35,257 bases of DNA. Origin: a virus (Duplodnaviria > Caudoviricetes). The DNA lies in the IMG/VR virus record IMGVR_UViG_3300016263_000442, positions 1-35,257 of that record, one strand, 5' to 3'. A program made the translations under genes and the position numbers. The notes under the pieces are model-generated. The model was not told where the DNA came from. It was given only the letters and a program-made list of their open reading frames with translations, and did not search any database. This document shows positions 7,949 through 17,459 of the stretch, one piece after another (within the stretch, counting starts at the first letter, position 1; each line of letters begins with the position of its first letter).

Positions 7949-8351
7949 TTTATCTGGTTACGGCCTAAGTCCAGATCAAAAGGATGAGGTAGCAGACCTT
8001 ATCATTGAGCGTATTGTCAACCGTACTGATCAGGGCAAAGACAAGGACGGCCGCCGCTTTCCTGGCTATTCAAAGTCATATAAAGAAAGCCTAGATTTTA
8101 AAGTTGCTGGAAAAACTAACAAAGTAGATTTGCAATTATCCGGCGATATGCTTGCGGCTTTGTCGGTGCTAGATAAAACTAGCCGCTCTGTGGTAATTGG
8201 GTTTGAAAGAGGATCTGAAGAAAACGCCAAAGCAGACGGCAATATCAGAGGCACTTACGGTAAACCTACGCCAGATCCAAAGAAAGCTAGGGATTTCTTG
8301 GGGATAAGTGAAGCAGAATTAACAAAAATAATCAAATTTGTTAAGGATTAA
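7917..8351 (+). CDS. Virion morphogenesis-family protein (copy 1)
   Basis: RT..G.D.DG..F..YS..Y...VDL.LSGDML motif, located between portal and scaffold. Confidence 0.65.
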   Translation: MATKWQKIKIDLSGYGLSPDQKDEVADLIIERIVNRTDQGKDKDGRRFPGYSKSYKESLDFKVAGKTNKVDLQLSGDMLAALSVLDKTSRSVVIGFERGSEENAKADGNIRGTYGKPTPDPKKARDFLGISEAELTKIIKFVKD

Positions 8352-8352
8352 G

Positions 8353-8859
8353 ATGGCTTCTGGCACAAGACAGTTTCAAAACATCGTCAAAAAACTAGAA
8401 AAAACTGTAGCAGAATCAATTAAAAAGGCTGCGCTAGTTGATGTTGGTGTCTTTGCTAGAGATCTAATCGTTAAAAGAACAAGGCTTGGGTACGGAGTCA
8501 AAAAAGATTTAGGCTCAAAAAAGCGTCTGGCAAAACTAAGTCCTAATTATGTTAAACGCCGGAAAATGTTTGAAGGTTTATCTGAAAACACAAGGCCAAG
8601 CCGGTCAAATCTTACCCTCACAGGCCAGATGCTTGATTCTATTATATCAACGGCTAAGACTGGGATCATAGAAATAAAGCCAACTGGTAGGCGGGATGAT
8701 GGAAAGCGTAACGCCGATATAGCGCAATACAATGAAAACGGCGGCAAGGGTAGGCCAAAGCGTATCTTTATGCGCATATCTCAACTTGAGTTCAAACAAA
8801 TTGTAAGATTTTATCGAAAAACGTTTGGGGATTTGCTAAGAAAGAGTAAAGTGATATAA
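8353..8859 (+). CDS. Virion morphogenesis-family protein (copy 2)
   Basis: RTR.G....LSPNY...NLTLTGQML...A.YN...RPKR.FM; ATG 8353 follows AAGGA. Confidence 0.65.
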   Translation: MASGTRQFQNIVKKLEKTVAESIKKAALVDVGVFARDLIVKRTRLGYGVKKDLGSKKRLAKLSPNYVKRRKMFEGLSENTRPSRSNLTLTGQMLDSIISTAKTGIIEIKPTGRRDDGKRNADIAQYNENGGKGRPKRIFMRISQLEFKQIVRFYRKTFGDLLRKSKVI

Positions 8860-8860
8860 T
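8833..8860 (+). promoter_or_regulatory. Sigma70-like promoter for the scaffold-capsid genes
   Basis: TTGCTA-N16-TATAAT with extended -10 TG. Confidence 0.6.
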
Positions 8861-8877
8861 TCTAACAGTTTTTAACC

Positions 8878-9489
8878 ATGGAAGGTGTAAAAATGACCGA
8901 TCAGAAAGCTCCTGTGGAGCAATCTGGTGAGCCTGTGGCGCAGCCAGAGAATCAAGAAGCCAAGTCAACTATCGCCTATGAAACGCACCGAAAGCTACTT
9001 GACGAAAAAAAGAAGCTGCAAGCACAACTTGAAGCTCTAACGTCAAAGGAAAGAGAGCGGGAAGAGTCCGAAGCAAGGAAGCGGGGGGACTATGAAGCTC
9101 TGCTTAAGGCACGTGAGGAGGAACTTGCCAAAGAAAAAGCTGCCCGACAGGAGTTGGATCAGCGCATAACTCATGGCATGAAGTTGAACATGGTAATCGA
9201 AGCTCTGGGCGGCCAGGTTGACCAAAAGTGGTATAAACTTATTGACACCGATGAGGTGGCAGTAAACCCAGACACAGGTGAGATTGACAAGATGACCGTT
9301 GCAAGAGTGGCTGAGTCACTCAAAAAGCAATGGCCTGAAATGATCCAGAGAACTGCCAAGCTACCAGCTACTGCTCCGCAAGGACTAAACGGTGGACCTG
9401 GTAAGATAACTGAATCAGAATGGAAATCTCTCAAAAATTCTGCCGAAATGAATAAGTGGCGGCGGGATCAAATTGTATGGGGACAATAA
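8878..9489 (+). CDS. Capsid scaffolding protein (probable start 8893)
   Basis: Charged coiled-coil protein immediately upstream of the capsid gene. Confidence 0.75.
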   Translation: MEGVKMTDQKAPVEQSGEPVAQPENQEAKSTIAYETHRKLLDEKKKLQAQLEALTSKEREREESEARKRGDYEALLKAREEELAKEKAARQELDQRITHGMKLNMVIEALGGQVDQKWYKLIDTDEVAVNPDTGEIDKMTVARVAESLKKQWPEMIQRTAKLPATAPQGLNGGPGKITESEWKSLKNSAEMNKWRRDQIVWGQ

Positions 9490-9520
9490 TTAACAAAGCC
9501 AAATATCAAGGAGTGATAAC

Positions 9521-10378
9521 ATGGCAAGTACGAATTTAACCGATATTCAATACCAAGTGCAAAAATACTGGTCTCCAGTAGCAACCAAGCAACTACGTGA
9601 AAGCCTATTGCTAGGTTCGATCGTAAACAAAGATTACTCCGGTGAAATCCGCAAAGGCGGCGATACTGTACGGGTTTACAGTGTCAATGCTCCTGCTGCT
9701 ACAACTAAAACAGTTGGAACAGTAGACAGCAATACATTCTCTCCAGCGGCTCTTTCTACTGCTTATGTTGACGTTAAAGCTGACAAGCACGTCACAGCAG
9801 CATTTGAATTTGCTGATGAAGTTGAGCTGATGTCTTTGATTGATCGTCAAAATCCAGAAGTAATGGCGGCTCTAGTTTTTGCAGTTGAAAAAGCAGTTAA
9901 CTCTGCTCTTTATGCTGCTTTGATTCCTTCGGCCGCAGCTCCAGATCACCAAATTGTTAAAGCATCTATGGACGCAAGTGCTTTGCTTGAAGTTCGTAAA
10001 CTTGCTGCAACGGCTAAATGGGATCAATCTAAGGGCTGGTATGGTCTACTAGATCCAAAATACTATAGCGATGTCCTTCAATCTCAGACGCTTGTTAGCT
10101 CTGATTTTGGCGCTGCTGACACTCCTGTAATTGGCGGTAAAGTTGGCCTTCGCCGTTATGGTATGCAACTAGCAGAAGATAACAGCTTGGCTGAAGGTAC
10201 TGCTTATTTCTTGCATCCAGATGCTATGCTAATGGTTATGGCAAAAGAAATGGCAATCAAAGTGTCTGATTTGCATCCAGCGGGCAAACATGGGGTACTT
10301 TTATCGGTAGACCTCATCTGGGGATGTGCCTTGGGCATCTCAGGCGGGTCTAAATGTATTAAAGTTACAACTGCTTAA
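9521..10378 (+). CDS. Major capsid protein
   Basis: 285 aa, VNKDYSGEI..GGDTV motif (P22-coat/HK97-fold type), strong RBS, downstream terminator. Confidence 0.88.
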   Translation: MASTNLTDIQYQVQKYWSPVATKQLRESLLLGSIVNKDYSGEIRKGGDTVRVYSVNAPAATTKTVGTVDSNTFSPAALSTAYVDVKADKHVTAAFEFADEVELMSLIDRQNPEVMAALVFAVEKAVNSALYAALIPSAAAPDHQIVKASMDASALLEVRKLAATAKWDQSKGWYGLLDPKYYSDVLQSQTLVSSDFGAADTPVIGGKVGLRRYGMQLAEDNSLAEGTAYFLHPDAMLMVMAKEMAIKVSDLHPAGKHGVLLSVDLIWGCALGISGGSKCIKVTTA

Positions 10379-10392
10379 TTTAAGCAAAAAAC

Positions 10393-10425
10393 GGGGATGG
10401 GGTTTCGGCCTCATCCCCTATTTTT
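10393..10425 (+). terminator. Intrinsic terminator after the capsid gene
   Basis: GGGGATGGGGT-TTCG-GCCTCATCCCC followed by TATTTTT; A-run upstream. Confidence 0.85.
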
Positions 10426-10435
10426 AAGGATTCTC

Positions 10436-10675
10436 ATGCTAGAATTTGATTCACTTAATCCTTATGACACTCTTGGCTATATTGTTGGCAGAGATCCAGG
10501 TGATTTAGTAGCTCAACTAAAAGCTATTAGAACACCAATTAAAATACATTTCATTGTGCAACAAGGCTCAAATCATGTTGCATATTTCACTGGCGATATA
10601 AGAAAGAAGGTAGATAAAAATGGTTCTACCGAAGGCGTTACAGGACAGAGAGTACGAAAAGTTCGACCTCAATGA
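10436..10675 (+). CDS. Hypothetical protein
   Basis: ATG 10436 after AAGGA; the track start 10397 lies inside the terminator. Confidence 0.65.
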   Translation: MLEFDSLNPYDTLGYIVGRDPGDLVAQLKAIRTPIKIHFIVQQGSNHVAYFTGDIRKKVDKNGSTEGVTGQRVRKVRPQ

Positions 10676-11015
10676 TGCGGGCGAAGTAGTAGTACGAACA
10701 ACTCTTAGCGGTGAAGTATCCGGTGAATTTTCACCTACTGGTCTTCGCATAGCTGGCAGGGTAACTGAAGTTGTGTTGTCAGATACAGCATGGACAGCTT
10801 TGCCTCCTGTGCCGTTAGTTAATAGAAATGCTCTCAACATTCAAAACTATTCAGGCACACAAATTAAAATAAACTACGATCCTTCTATTGCTGGCTATGT
10901 TGGCGTAATTGTTGACGATCAATCAATGCGCAACATGGACGTAAAGGAAAGCATTTTGGTTTTTGCCAAGGCAGAAATAGGCAATCCAGTTGTCATAGTT
11001 GAGGAGCTTAGTTAA
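10620..11015 (+). CDS. Hypothetical virion protein
   Basis: Beta-rich ORF in the structural operon; RBS GAAGGT. Confidence 0.65.
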   Translation: MVLPKALQDREYEKFDLNDAGEVVVRTTLSGEVSGEFSPTGLRIAGRVTEVVLSDTAWTALPPVPLVNRNALNIQNYSGTQIKINYDPSIAGYVGVIVDDQSMRNMDVKESILVFAKAEIGNPVVIVEELS

Positions 11016-11185
11016 TGGCTTTCGTTATCCCAGTAGCAGCCGGATCAGATTGGCATTGTGGCTGGAGTACGATACCATTAAACACTGTCGTTAGAATTGT
11101 AGAATATAGGCAGTCAGTAACATTTGGACCTTTGCAAATTGAAGGGACGCTTTTGCTTGAAGGCACCCTGATACTAGAGCCATAA
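11015..11185 (+). CDS. Hypothetical 56-aa protein, not in the ORF track
   Basis: MAFVIPVAAGSDWHCGW...EGTLLLEGTLILEP; TAATG coupling and fills the gap. Confidence 0.7.
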   Translation: MAFVIPVAAGSDWHCGWSTIPLNTVVRIVEYRQSVTFGPLQIEGTLLLEGTLILEP

Positions 11186-11195
11186 GAGGCGATCA

Positions 11196-12092
11196 ATGTC
11201 AGATTCTAAAATCAGATTTAATGCGATACCTGAACCAGTAACACCTGCGGCTAATAGAGTCTGGCTTTGGTACGATGAAGACGATCAGATTTTTAAAATC
11301 AAAAGAGACAATGGAGTTGCAGAGCCTCTAGTTGGTGGAACAATTGTAGCAAACACAGAGAAGCTGCTTTGTGTTGTGCGCAATCAAACTGGAGAGACAA
11401 TTCCAAAAAAGACTGTCGTATATATTTCTGGAGCAAGTGGAAATAGACCACTTGTTACGAAATCATTGGCAAGCTCAGAGCCAACTAGCTCAAAAACATT
11501 TGGCATATTACAGCAAGATATTTTGCATAATGGTACTGGCTACGCAGTAACAGAAGGTCAATTAACTAACGTAGATACTTCGATGTATTTAGAAGGCCAG
11601 ATTCTTTGGCTATCTCCTACTACTGCCGGAGAAATGACTACAACAAAACCTAGTGCACCTAATCATCAAGTATTCTGTGGATACGTTGTCAGAGCACATC
11701 CTACTGAAGGTATCATTGAAGTAAAAATACAAAATGGTTTTGAGCTTGGTGAGCTTCACAATGTAAGTATTAACGGAGTAACTAATGGACAAGCACTTGT
11801 CTATGATTCAGTTACAAGTCTATGGAAAAATCAGACAATAACAATTCCACCAAGTAATATTTATACGGTGGAATATTTTACTCTTGATGCTTTGCAAGTT
11901 AGCAATTCATCCATCACATTATCTCATACACCTATAGACGTAACTTCCGTAACTCTTGATGTTATTTCAGGAAGTGCTCAAGTTTATGGTGAAGACTACA
12001 ACGTTGCTATTAATGTGCTGAGTTGGGTTGGTACTCCGCTTTATGGTATGCTTGATGTCGGTGATAAACTCAGAGTCACTTATACCAGATAA
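11196..12092 (+). CDS. Putative head decoration/fibre protein
   Basis: RNQTG.TI....VVYISGASG...G.V.R decoration-like domain, EL.ELHNV.I....NGQAL.YD....WKN linker. Confidence 0.6.
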   Translation: MSDSKIRFNAIPEPVTPAANRVWLWYDEDDQIFKIKRDNGVAEPLVGGTIVANTEKLLCVVRNQTGETIPKKTVVYISGASGNRPLVTKSLASSEPTSSKTFGILQQDILHNGTGYAVTEGQLTNVDTSMYLEGQILWLSPTTAGEMTTTKPSAPNHQVFCGYVVRAHPTEGIIEVKIQNGFELGELHNVSINGVTNGQALVYDSVTSLWKNQTITIPPSNIYTVEYFTLDALQVSNSSITLSHTPIDVTSVTLDVISGSAQVYGEDYNVAINVLSWVGTPLYGMLDVGDKLRVTYTR

Positions 12093-12113
12093 AATTAAAG
12101 GAGAATCAAAACC

Positions 12114-14156
12114 ATGGCATTAGTCAAAGGTAAGTTTGTAGACAAGGATATTGCTATCCAGTCTAACAACGATCCAGTCGATCCAAAAGACTTAGCAAGA
12201 AAAGTTTACGTCGATCAAAAGGCAAGCGATGAAGCTGCTGCTGCCGTTGCTGCACTTGATTTGTCTGGCAAAGCTGATTTGGTTGATGGCAAAGTTCCAT
12301 CTTCACAGCTTCCAGGATATGTCGATGATGTTGAAGAGTATGCTGACCTTGCGTCCTTCCCAGAAGAAGGCAGCGCAGGTAAGCTATACGTTGCTCAGGA
12401 TACTAACAAAGTTTTTCGTTGGTCTGGCACTGTTTATATCGAGATCTCAGCAAGCCCAGGATCTACTGATGAAGTAGCTGAAGGTGCACTTAACCTTTAC
12501 TTCACAGACGAAAGAGCGCAATTGGCTCTTGCTTCTGCACTTTCTGGCAAAGCTGACCTGGTTCACACTCACGTTGCTGCTGACATTACAGACTTCGACT
12601 CTGCTGCTGAAGCTGCTTTGGCAGACGAATTGTTGGCAAAACAAAACAGCCTTGGAACTGGAACAACTAGCCAGTATCTGCGCGGCGACCTTACTTGGCA
12701 AGAAGTCCCAACATCTGTTGGCATTGCTCAGACTAAAGTTGTTAGCAAAGGCGGCGATGACGTAACTGGCGATGGTACTCTTACCAAGCCTTTTGCAACA
12801 ATCGCGGCTGCTATGGCATCGATCACTGATGCTACTCCTAGCAAGCGTTATATCATCAAAGTTGAAGCTGGTGCATATACTGAAGGCGCACTGGCTCTTA
12901 AACCAAACGTATTTGTTGTTGGTGATCTTAAAGAAGGCGTTAGAGTTACAGCTTCGTCTGTAACGATGGACGCAAGCTTTAATGCACCTTCCAGCCAGGA
13001 TCACAGATCCGGTATGGCTAGGATCATATTGACCGGAGCTTGTAATTTTGACTGGGCGGCTGTGACAAGCCCTGCCGGAAAACTTTATTTCACAGAAGTA
13101 TCTTTCGTCAGCGCAGTGACAATGAATGGCCACAACAACGCTATTGCCCAAGCACAGTTTGATAGCTGTCAATTCTTTGGCGCAGTAACGATCAGCGGCA
13201 TTAACGTAGGCGTCTGGAAAGACAACATTGCATTTGGCAACATTACGTTAAACCAGCACCCAAATGGTGGAATGGCAACAATCCTTAGCGCAACTGGTGG
13301 CTATTGCTCTGGAACTCTGAGGCTAAACACAACTGTAGATAACTTTGGTCGTCGTTGCTCTGCTTTCTTGAGAGGAATGTACGTCGAAAGTTTGATTGTT
13401 GATGGCATTAGCTCTTACGCTGACGCTGACCTTGTCTCACAAGGAAAGTCTACGCAAAAGCTAAATGGCGGCCAATTGATCGCCATGTCGCCAAAGATCA
13501 ATCATGATCTTGAATCGCAAATGATTAAGCCACTTGCAAACAACGCTCATAATATGGGTGATTGGGGCAAACAATGGATGTTCCATTTTGCGTATGTTCA
13601 TGCAAGTGCCGGTACAGATATGTACTTGCTGTCTGCTATGGAAAATTATGATCCAGCGGGTGACAGTGCAGGGCGCAGCATCTTTATTCAACCAGATGCT
13701 TATGGTCTTCAAGCAAACGTATCTGGTGGTAACATCGAACTTGAGACAGCGGCCGTAAGTGGTACAGGTGTTAGAGGTAAAGTACAGGTCAAGGCCCGTG
13801 AGCTTGATATGACTTCTGCCAAGATAACCAACCTAGCAGACGGTACAGCACCTCAAGATGCTGTTACAAAAGCACAGCTTGACGCTGCCGTAGGCGGTGG
13901 TGCATTAAGTGGCAAAAAAGAGACATTCACTTTATCCGCTGGCGATATCGCTAACGCATATGTAGACTGCGCTCATTTGGCTGCTGTTGACACAATGCTT
14001 GTTATGTCTGGCGGTGTCGTTCACATTGAAGGCGAAAGCTATACGCTATCGACTGTAGGTGGAGTTACCCGCATTACTTTCATTGGTGACTTGGTAGATC
14101 CAAGCCCAAGCAAGCTTGAAGCTGGAGACAAAGTACATATTCAATATCTTAAATAA
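12114..14156 (+). CDS. Fibre/spike-like virion protein with beta-helix-type region
   Basis: KADLVDGKVPSSQLP, TDEVAEG..NLYFT, VSKGGDD.TGDGT..KPFATI, KITNLADGT...DAVTKAQL fibre motifs. Confidence 0.7.
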   Translation: MALVKGKFVDKDIAIQSNNDPVDPKDLARKVYVDQKASDEAAAAVAALDLSGKADLVDGKVPSSQLPGYVDDVEEYADLASFPEEGSAGKLYVAQDTNKVFRWSGTVYIEISASPGSTDEVAEGALNLYFTDERAQLALASALSGKADLVHTHVAADITDFDSAAEAALADELLAKQNSLGTGTTSQYLRGDLTWQEVPTSVGIAQTKVVSKGGDDVTGDGTLTKPFATIAAAMASITDATPSKRYIIKVEAGAYTEGALALKPNVFVVGDLKEGVRVTASSVTMDASFNAPSSQDHRSGMARIILTGACNFDWAAVTSPAGKLYFTEVSFVSAVTMNGHNNAIAQAQFDSCQFFGAVTISGINVGVWKDNIAFGNITLNQHPNGGMATILSATGGYCSGTLRLNTTVDNFGRRCSAFLRGMYVESLIVDGISSYADADLVSQGKSTQKLNGGQLIAMSPKINHDLESQMIKPLANNAHNMGDWGKQWMFHFAYVHASAGTDMYLLSAMENYDPAGDSAGRSIFIQPDAYGLQANVSGGNIELETAAVSGTGVRGKVQVKARELDMTSAKITNLADGTAPQDAVTKAQLDAAVGGGALSGKKETFTLSAGDIANAYVDCAHLAAVDTMLVMSGGVVHIEGESYTLSTVGGVTRITFIGDLVDPSPSKLEAGDKVHIQYLK

Positions 14157-14167
14157 GGAGATTTAAA

Positions 14168-14242
14168 ATGCCTGCACCATTACCATTACCTAAAGAAGAA
14201 AAAGAATTACCAGCAAGAGAACTGCCACCAATCGAAGCATAA
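14168..14242 (+). CDS. 24-aa Pro/Glu-rich micropeptide
   Basis: AAGGAG-N7-ATG; MPAPLPLPKEEKELPARELPPIEA*. Confidence 0.55.
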   Translation: MPAPLPLPKEEKELPARELPPIEA

Positions 14243-14251
14243 TTAACTAAA

Positions 14252-14275
14252 GGCGGGGGGAGAAATCCCCCTGCC
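14252..14275. terminator. GC-rich hairpin (terminator/attenuator or processing site)
   Basis: GGCGGGGGGA-GAAA-TCCCCCTGCC; only a weak U-tract. Confidence 0.55.
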
Positions 14276-14296
14276 CATTGTCTCTAAGGTGTAAAA

Positions 14297-15112
14297 ATGA
14301 CTGTCAGCCTAATTACTCAAAGAGTCATATATGATACCACTGATATTTCCGTTGCAGTTGGGGATTTCAGGGTAGGTACTTATGCACTTAATTATGAGAC
14401 AGGAAAGCATATTTATATAGCTGCAAACTGTCCTTTCAATAATCTTTGGATGCAATTAACTACTCCTGCTGCTGGTGGATCTGGAGCGCCTGTTATTGAG
14501 GTCTGGTATAACGGCAGTTGGTATGATGTTGTAGATATTATCGATCAAACTGAAGAAATGTCTAAATCAGGCCGTATCAGCTGGTCTTTACATATTGACG
14601 GCGGCTGGAACTCTGAGCAAAAAAGCGAAGATGTTGGTCTTAGCAGCTTTCAAATCTATAACCGTTACTGGATGCGCATATCTTGGCCTAATGATTTTAC
14701 GGCCGGAGTTGCTTATATTGGGCAAAAATTTTCTGATGACACATTGATGGCTTCAATGTACCCTGACCTCATGCAATCAACAATTTTAAACGGTTTTAAG
14801 ACTGGGAAAACTACCTGGGATGAGCAACATTTCATGGCTGCTGAAGCTATTGTTAAAGATCTGAGAAAGAGAAATATAGCAATAGACAGAGGCCAAATAA
14901 TGGATTGGTCAGTCTTTGAAGACGCATCGGCTCATAAGGTTGCTGAAATGATTTACCAAGCTTTTGGTGCTCCATATCGGGATCATGTAAATGAAGCTAA
15001 AAAACGCTTTCAAGAAGAAATGGCCAGCAGAGTTTTTGCGATTGACGTAAACCAAAATGGCCATGTGGAAGTTGATGAAATTACTAGAAAATCAGGATTT
15101 ATGACAAGATGA
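14297..15112 (+). CDS. Putative head-tail connector protein
   Basis: Position before the tail genes; helical C-terminal half. Confidence 0.5.
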   Translation: MTVSLITQRVIYDTTDISVAVGDFRVGTYALNYETGKHIYIAANCPFNNLWMQLTTPAAGGSGAPVIEVWYNGSWYDVVDIIDQTEEMSKSGRISWSLHIDGGWNSEQKSEDVGLSSFQIYNRYWMRISWPNDFTAGVAYIGQKFSDDTLMASMYPDLMQSTILNGFKTGKTTWDEQHFMAAEAIVKDLRKRNIAIDRGQIMDWSVFEDASAHKVAEMIYQAFGAPYRDHVNEAKKRFQEEMASRVFAIDVNQNGHVEVDEITRKSGFMTR

Positions 15113-15564
15113 CGACACCTGTAGCTGATATCTATGAAGCAATAATCGATAAACTTGAGCTTGTTTTGCCAGAGTTTAAACGGGTGCCAAATCCTTACAG
15201 CCTTGATGAAAATACAGCAATCTTACTTCGCAAGGCTTTTGGTTTAGCTATCGGCGCAGGAACAAACACAGAAAGATATGTAGGCTGCATAGCTACCTGG
15301 GAAAGAGATTACACTATTGGCCTTGTAACTCAGGTCGTAAATACTGAGAATGATACCGAAGGCAGAGCATCGGTCGAGAAGGATATTGTTGACGCTCAGA
15401 GGGCTATTTTGTTAGCCTTTGAGACAGATTCAACACTGTCAACTAAGTGCATTAAAGCAGTAATAACCGATGATTCTGGCATTAATTATATCCAAGGCGC
15501 AGAGTCCAAGTATCTTGCGCTAGAGATAACTTTACGGGTAGAATATCAGGAGCCTGTCAACTAA
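15109..15564 (+). CDS. Putative tail terminator/completion protein
   Basis: 151-aa acidic protein just before the tail tube, ending in LEITLRVEY. Confidence 0.55.
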   Translation: MTTPVADIYEAIIDKLELVLPEFKRVPNPYSLDENTAILLRKAFGLAIGAGTNTERYVGCIATWERDYTIGLVTQVVNTENDTEGRASVEKDIVDAQRAILLAFETDSTLSTKCIKAVITDDSGINYIQGAESKYLALEITLRVEYQEPVN

Positions 15565-15591
15565 CAGCTAATCAATTTAAAGGAGCCAAGG

Positions 15592-17082
15592 ATGGCATCG
15601 ATTCAAACAAGAAATAGCGTTCTAGCTATTAAAAAAGAAGTTACGGAAGGTTCTCCTGCGAAGCCATCCGCAGCAACCGATTATGTTGCGCTACAAGATG
15701 ACTTTACTATGCAAGGTGGCTTTAACCTGCTTGAGAACGCAGAGCTAAAAGCATCCATTGGTCAAGCAAAAGCAATTATTGGCGCAGAAGCTCCAACTGC
15801 TTCGTTGTCACATTATCTCAGAGCATCTGGTGTAGAAGGCCAAGAGCCAAATTATGGCCTTTTGCTTGAAGCCTGTATGGGTGCAAAATCAGTTGCGGCC
15901 GTTGAATACGATACCGCTGCCGGATCTACAGTATCGGCTCTTAAAGTTGGCGCAGGAGAAGGCGCACAATTTGAAAGAGGTCAAGCTGTTCTAATTAAAG
16001 ACGCAGCCAATGGTTACCGCATCCGTTGCGTTGATGACGTTGCAGGCGATGATCTAGCTCTTAGCTTTCAAACTCCTGTGGCTACTCCAGCCGCTACAAA
16101 TCTAGGTAAATGCGTACTCTATAAGCCAGCAAATGAGGCTCATCCTACATTGACTTTGTGGCATTACCTTGGACAAGGTGGCGCACTGCAAGCTATGGCA
16201 GGATCCAGGGTTACGTCTGCAAGCATCGATATCACCGCTGGTGAGCTTATCAATGCAAGCTATAGCCTTGAAGGTGTAGGCTATTACTTCGATCCTATGG
16301 AAATCGAAGCCGGAGCTGATAAGATTGATTTAGACGTAGGAGCTGGAACTGTAACAGCTACGCTTGAGCAAAAACTTTATAAGACTCCAATTGAATTGGC
16401 TGACGCCGTTTCCGTTGCTATGACTGCGGCTGCTGGTACAGCGATCGCCTGTGCTTATAGCTCTGTTACTGGAAAGTTTACTGTTAGCAAAGCTGCTGGA
16501 GTTCTTTCTATTGACTGGGCAACTGGCACAGATACAGCCGGAGCCGTTCTAGGCTTTACTGCTGATGACACTGGCGCACTTAGCTATGAGTCAGATCTAG
16601 CTTTGGACCTATCCAGCCCACAATCTCCTACGTTTGATGCTGCAGATCCTTTGGCCGCAAAAGACAATGAGGTTATGATTGGACTTGCTTCTGAGTTTGC
16701 TTGCTTCAAAGCTGGCTCAGTATCGATGACAATCGACACACCAAAGTCTGATATTCCATCCGTATGCGCTGCCTCTGGTGTAGGTGGATCGATCATCAAC
16801 GCTAGGACTGTGACGATTGCCGTATCTGCTTTGCTTGAGAAATATGACGCCAAGCAGTTTGAGCGATTCCGTACAAATACAGATGTTAAATTTCAATACA
16901 GCTTTGGTCAAAAAAGCGGTGGTAATTGGGCACCAGGTAAGGCAGGATGCTTGTATGTACCAACCGCAACTATTTCCTCATTCTCAATTTCTGATGCCGA
17001 TGGATTGGCGCAGCTAGATCTTGAGTTGCAAGCTTTTGTAAACTCAGACGGTGATGGTGAGGTTTATGTTGCCTTTGTCTAA
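15592..17082 (+). CDS. Major tail tube protein
   Basis: LAIKKE.TEG N-terminus, G..V.SASI.I..GELI.ASYSL.G, C-terminal tube-like strands; precedes chaperones and TMP. Confidence 0.78.
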   Translation: MASIQTRNSVLAIKKEVTEGSPAKPSAATDYVALQDDFTMQGGFNLLENAELKASIGQAKAIIGAEAPTASLSHYLRASGVEGQEPNYGLLLEACMGAKSVAAVEYDTAAGSTVSALKVGAGEGAQFERGQAVLIKDAANGYRIRCVDDVAGDDLALSFQTPVATPAATNLGKCVLYKPANEAHPTLTLWHYLGQGGALQAMAGSRVTSASIDITAGELINASYSLEGVGYYFDPMEIEAGADKIDLDVGAGTVTATLEQKLYKTPIELADAVSVAMTAAAGTAIACAYSSVTGKFTVSKAAGVLSIDWATGTDTAGAVLGFTADDTGALSYESDLALDLSSPQSPTFDAADPLAAKDNEVMIGLASEFACFKAGSVSMTIDTPKSDIPSVCAASGVGGSIINARTVTIAVSALLEKYDAKQFERFRTNTDVKFQYSFGQKSGGNWAPGKAGCLYVPTATISSFSISDADGLAQLDLELQAFVNSDGDGEVYVAFV

Positions 17083-17091
17083 GAGGTAACT

Positions 17092-17445
17092 GTGAAAACA
17101 ATCAAGATTGTGCCAACGGTGTGCAAGGGAGACAATGCGGCTTGGGAGGGCTTCATTGTTCTCCGCTTGCCTACATTTGATGAAAAATTTGACTATTTAG
17201 AAAGACTTCAAGTTACTGTCAAGGATGACGGTACTGTAGAAGGTGACGCTCATCAAAAGCTGAAGAGCGTCAGGGAAATGGTCAAAATGTCTCAGGCACA
17301 TTATGTAGAAGTAAGTTTAAAAAACAAAAATACTGGAGAAGAGGTCAAATCATTTGACGATATGCAGTATGTTGAGGATCTACATAGCACCATGGTTGAG
17401 GTTGCGGCCATGATGTTGAACGGATTTAAAGTGGGAAACGGCTGA
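17092..17445 (+). CDS. Tail assembly chaperone (gpG-like)
   Basis: Between tail tube and TMP; ends at slippery G GGA AAC. Confidence 0.8.
   Translation: MKTIKIVPTVCKGDNAAWEGFIVLRLPTFDEKFDYLERLQVTVKDDGTVEGDAHQKLKSVREMVKMSQAHYVEVSLKNKNTGEEVKSFDDMQYVEDLHSTMVEVAAMMLNGFKVGNG
17433..17439 (+). other. -1 programmed ribosomal frameshift site GGGAAAC
   Basis: X XXY YYZ in the chaperone frame; the -1 frame (GGG AAA CGG CTG AAG GCC GCC ATC AGG ATG) is open into 17460..17675. Confidence 0.85.
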
Positions 17446-17459
17446 AGGCCGCCATCAGG

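Noticed and set aside
12447-13172. 241-aa antisense ORF and other nested track ORFs (e.g. 5595..5966, 19149..19520, 32024..32407, 34732..35211)
   Set aside because: They are shadows of well-supported genes, with no RBS or recognisable motifs.
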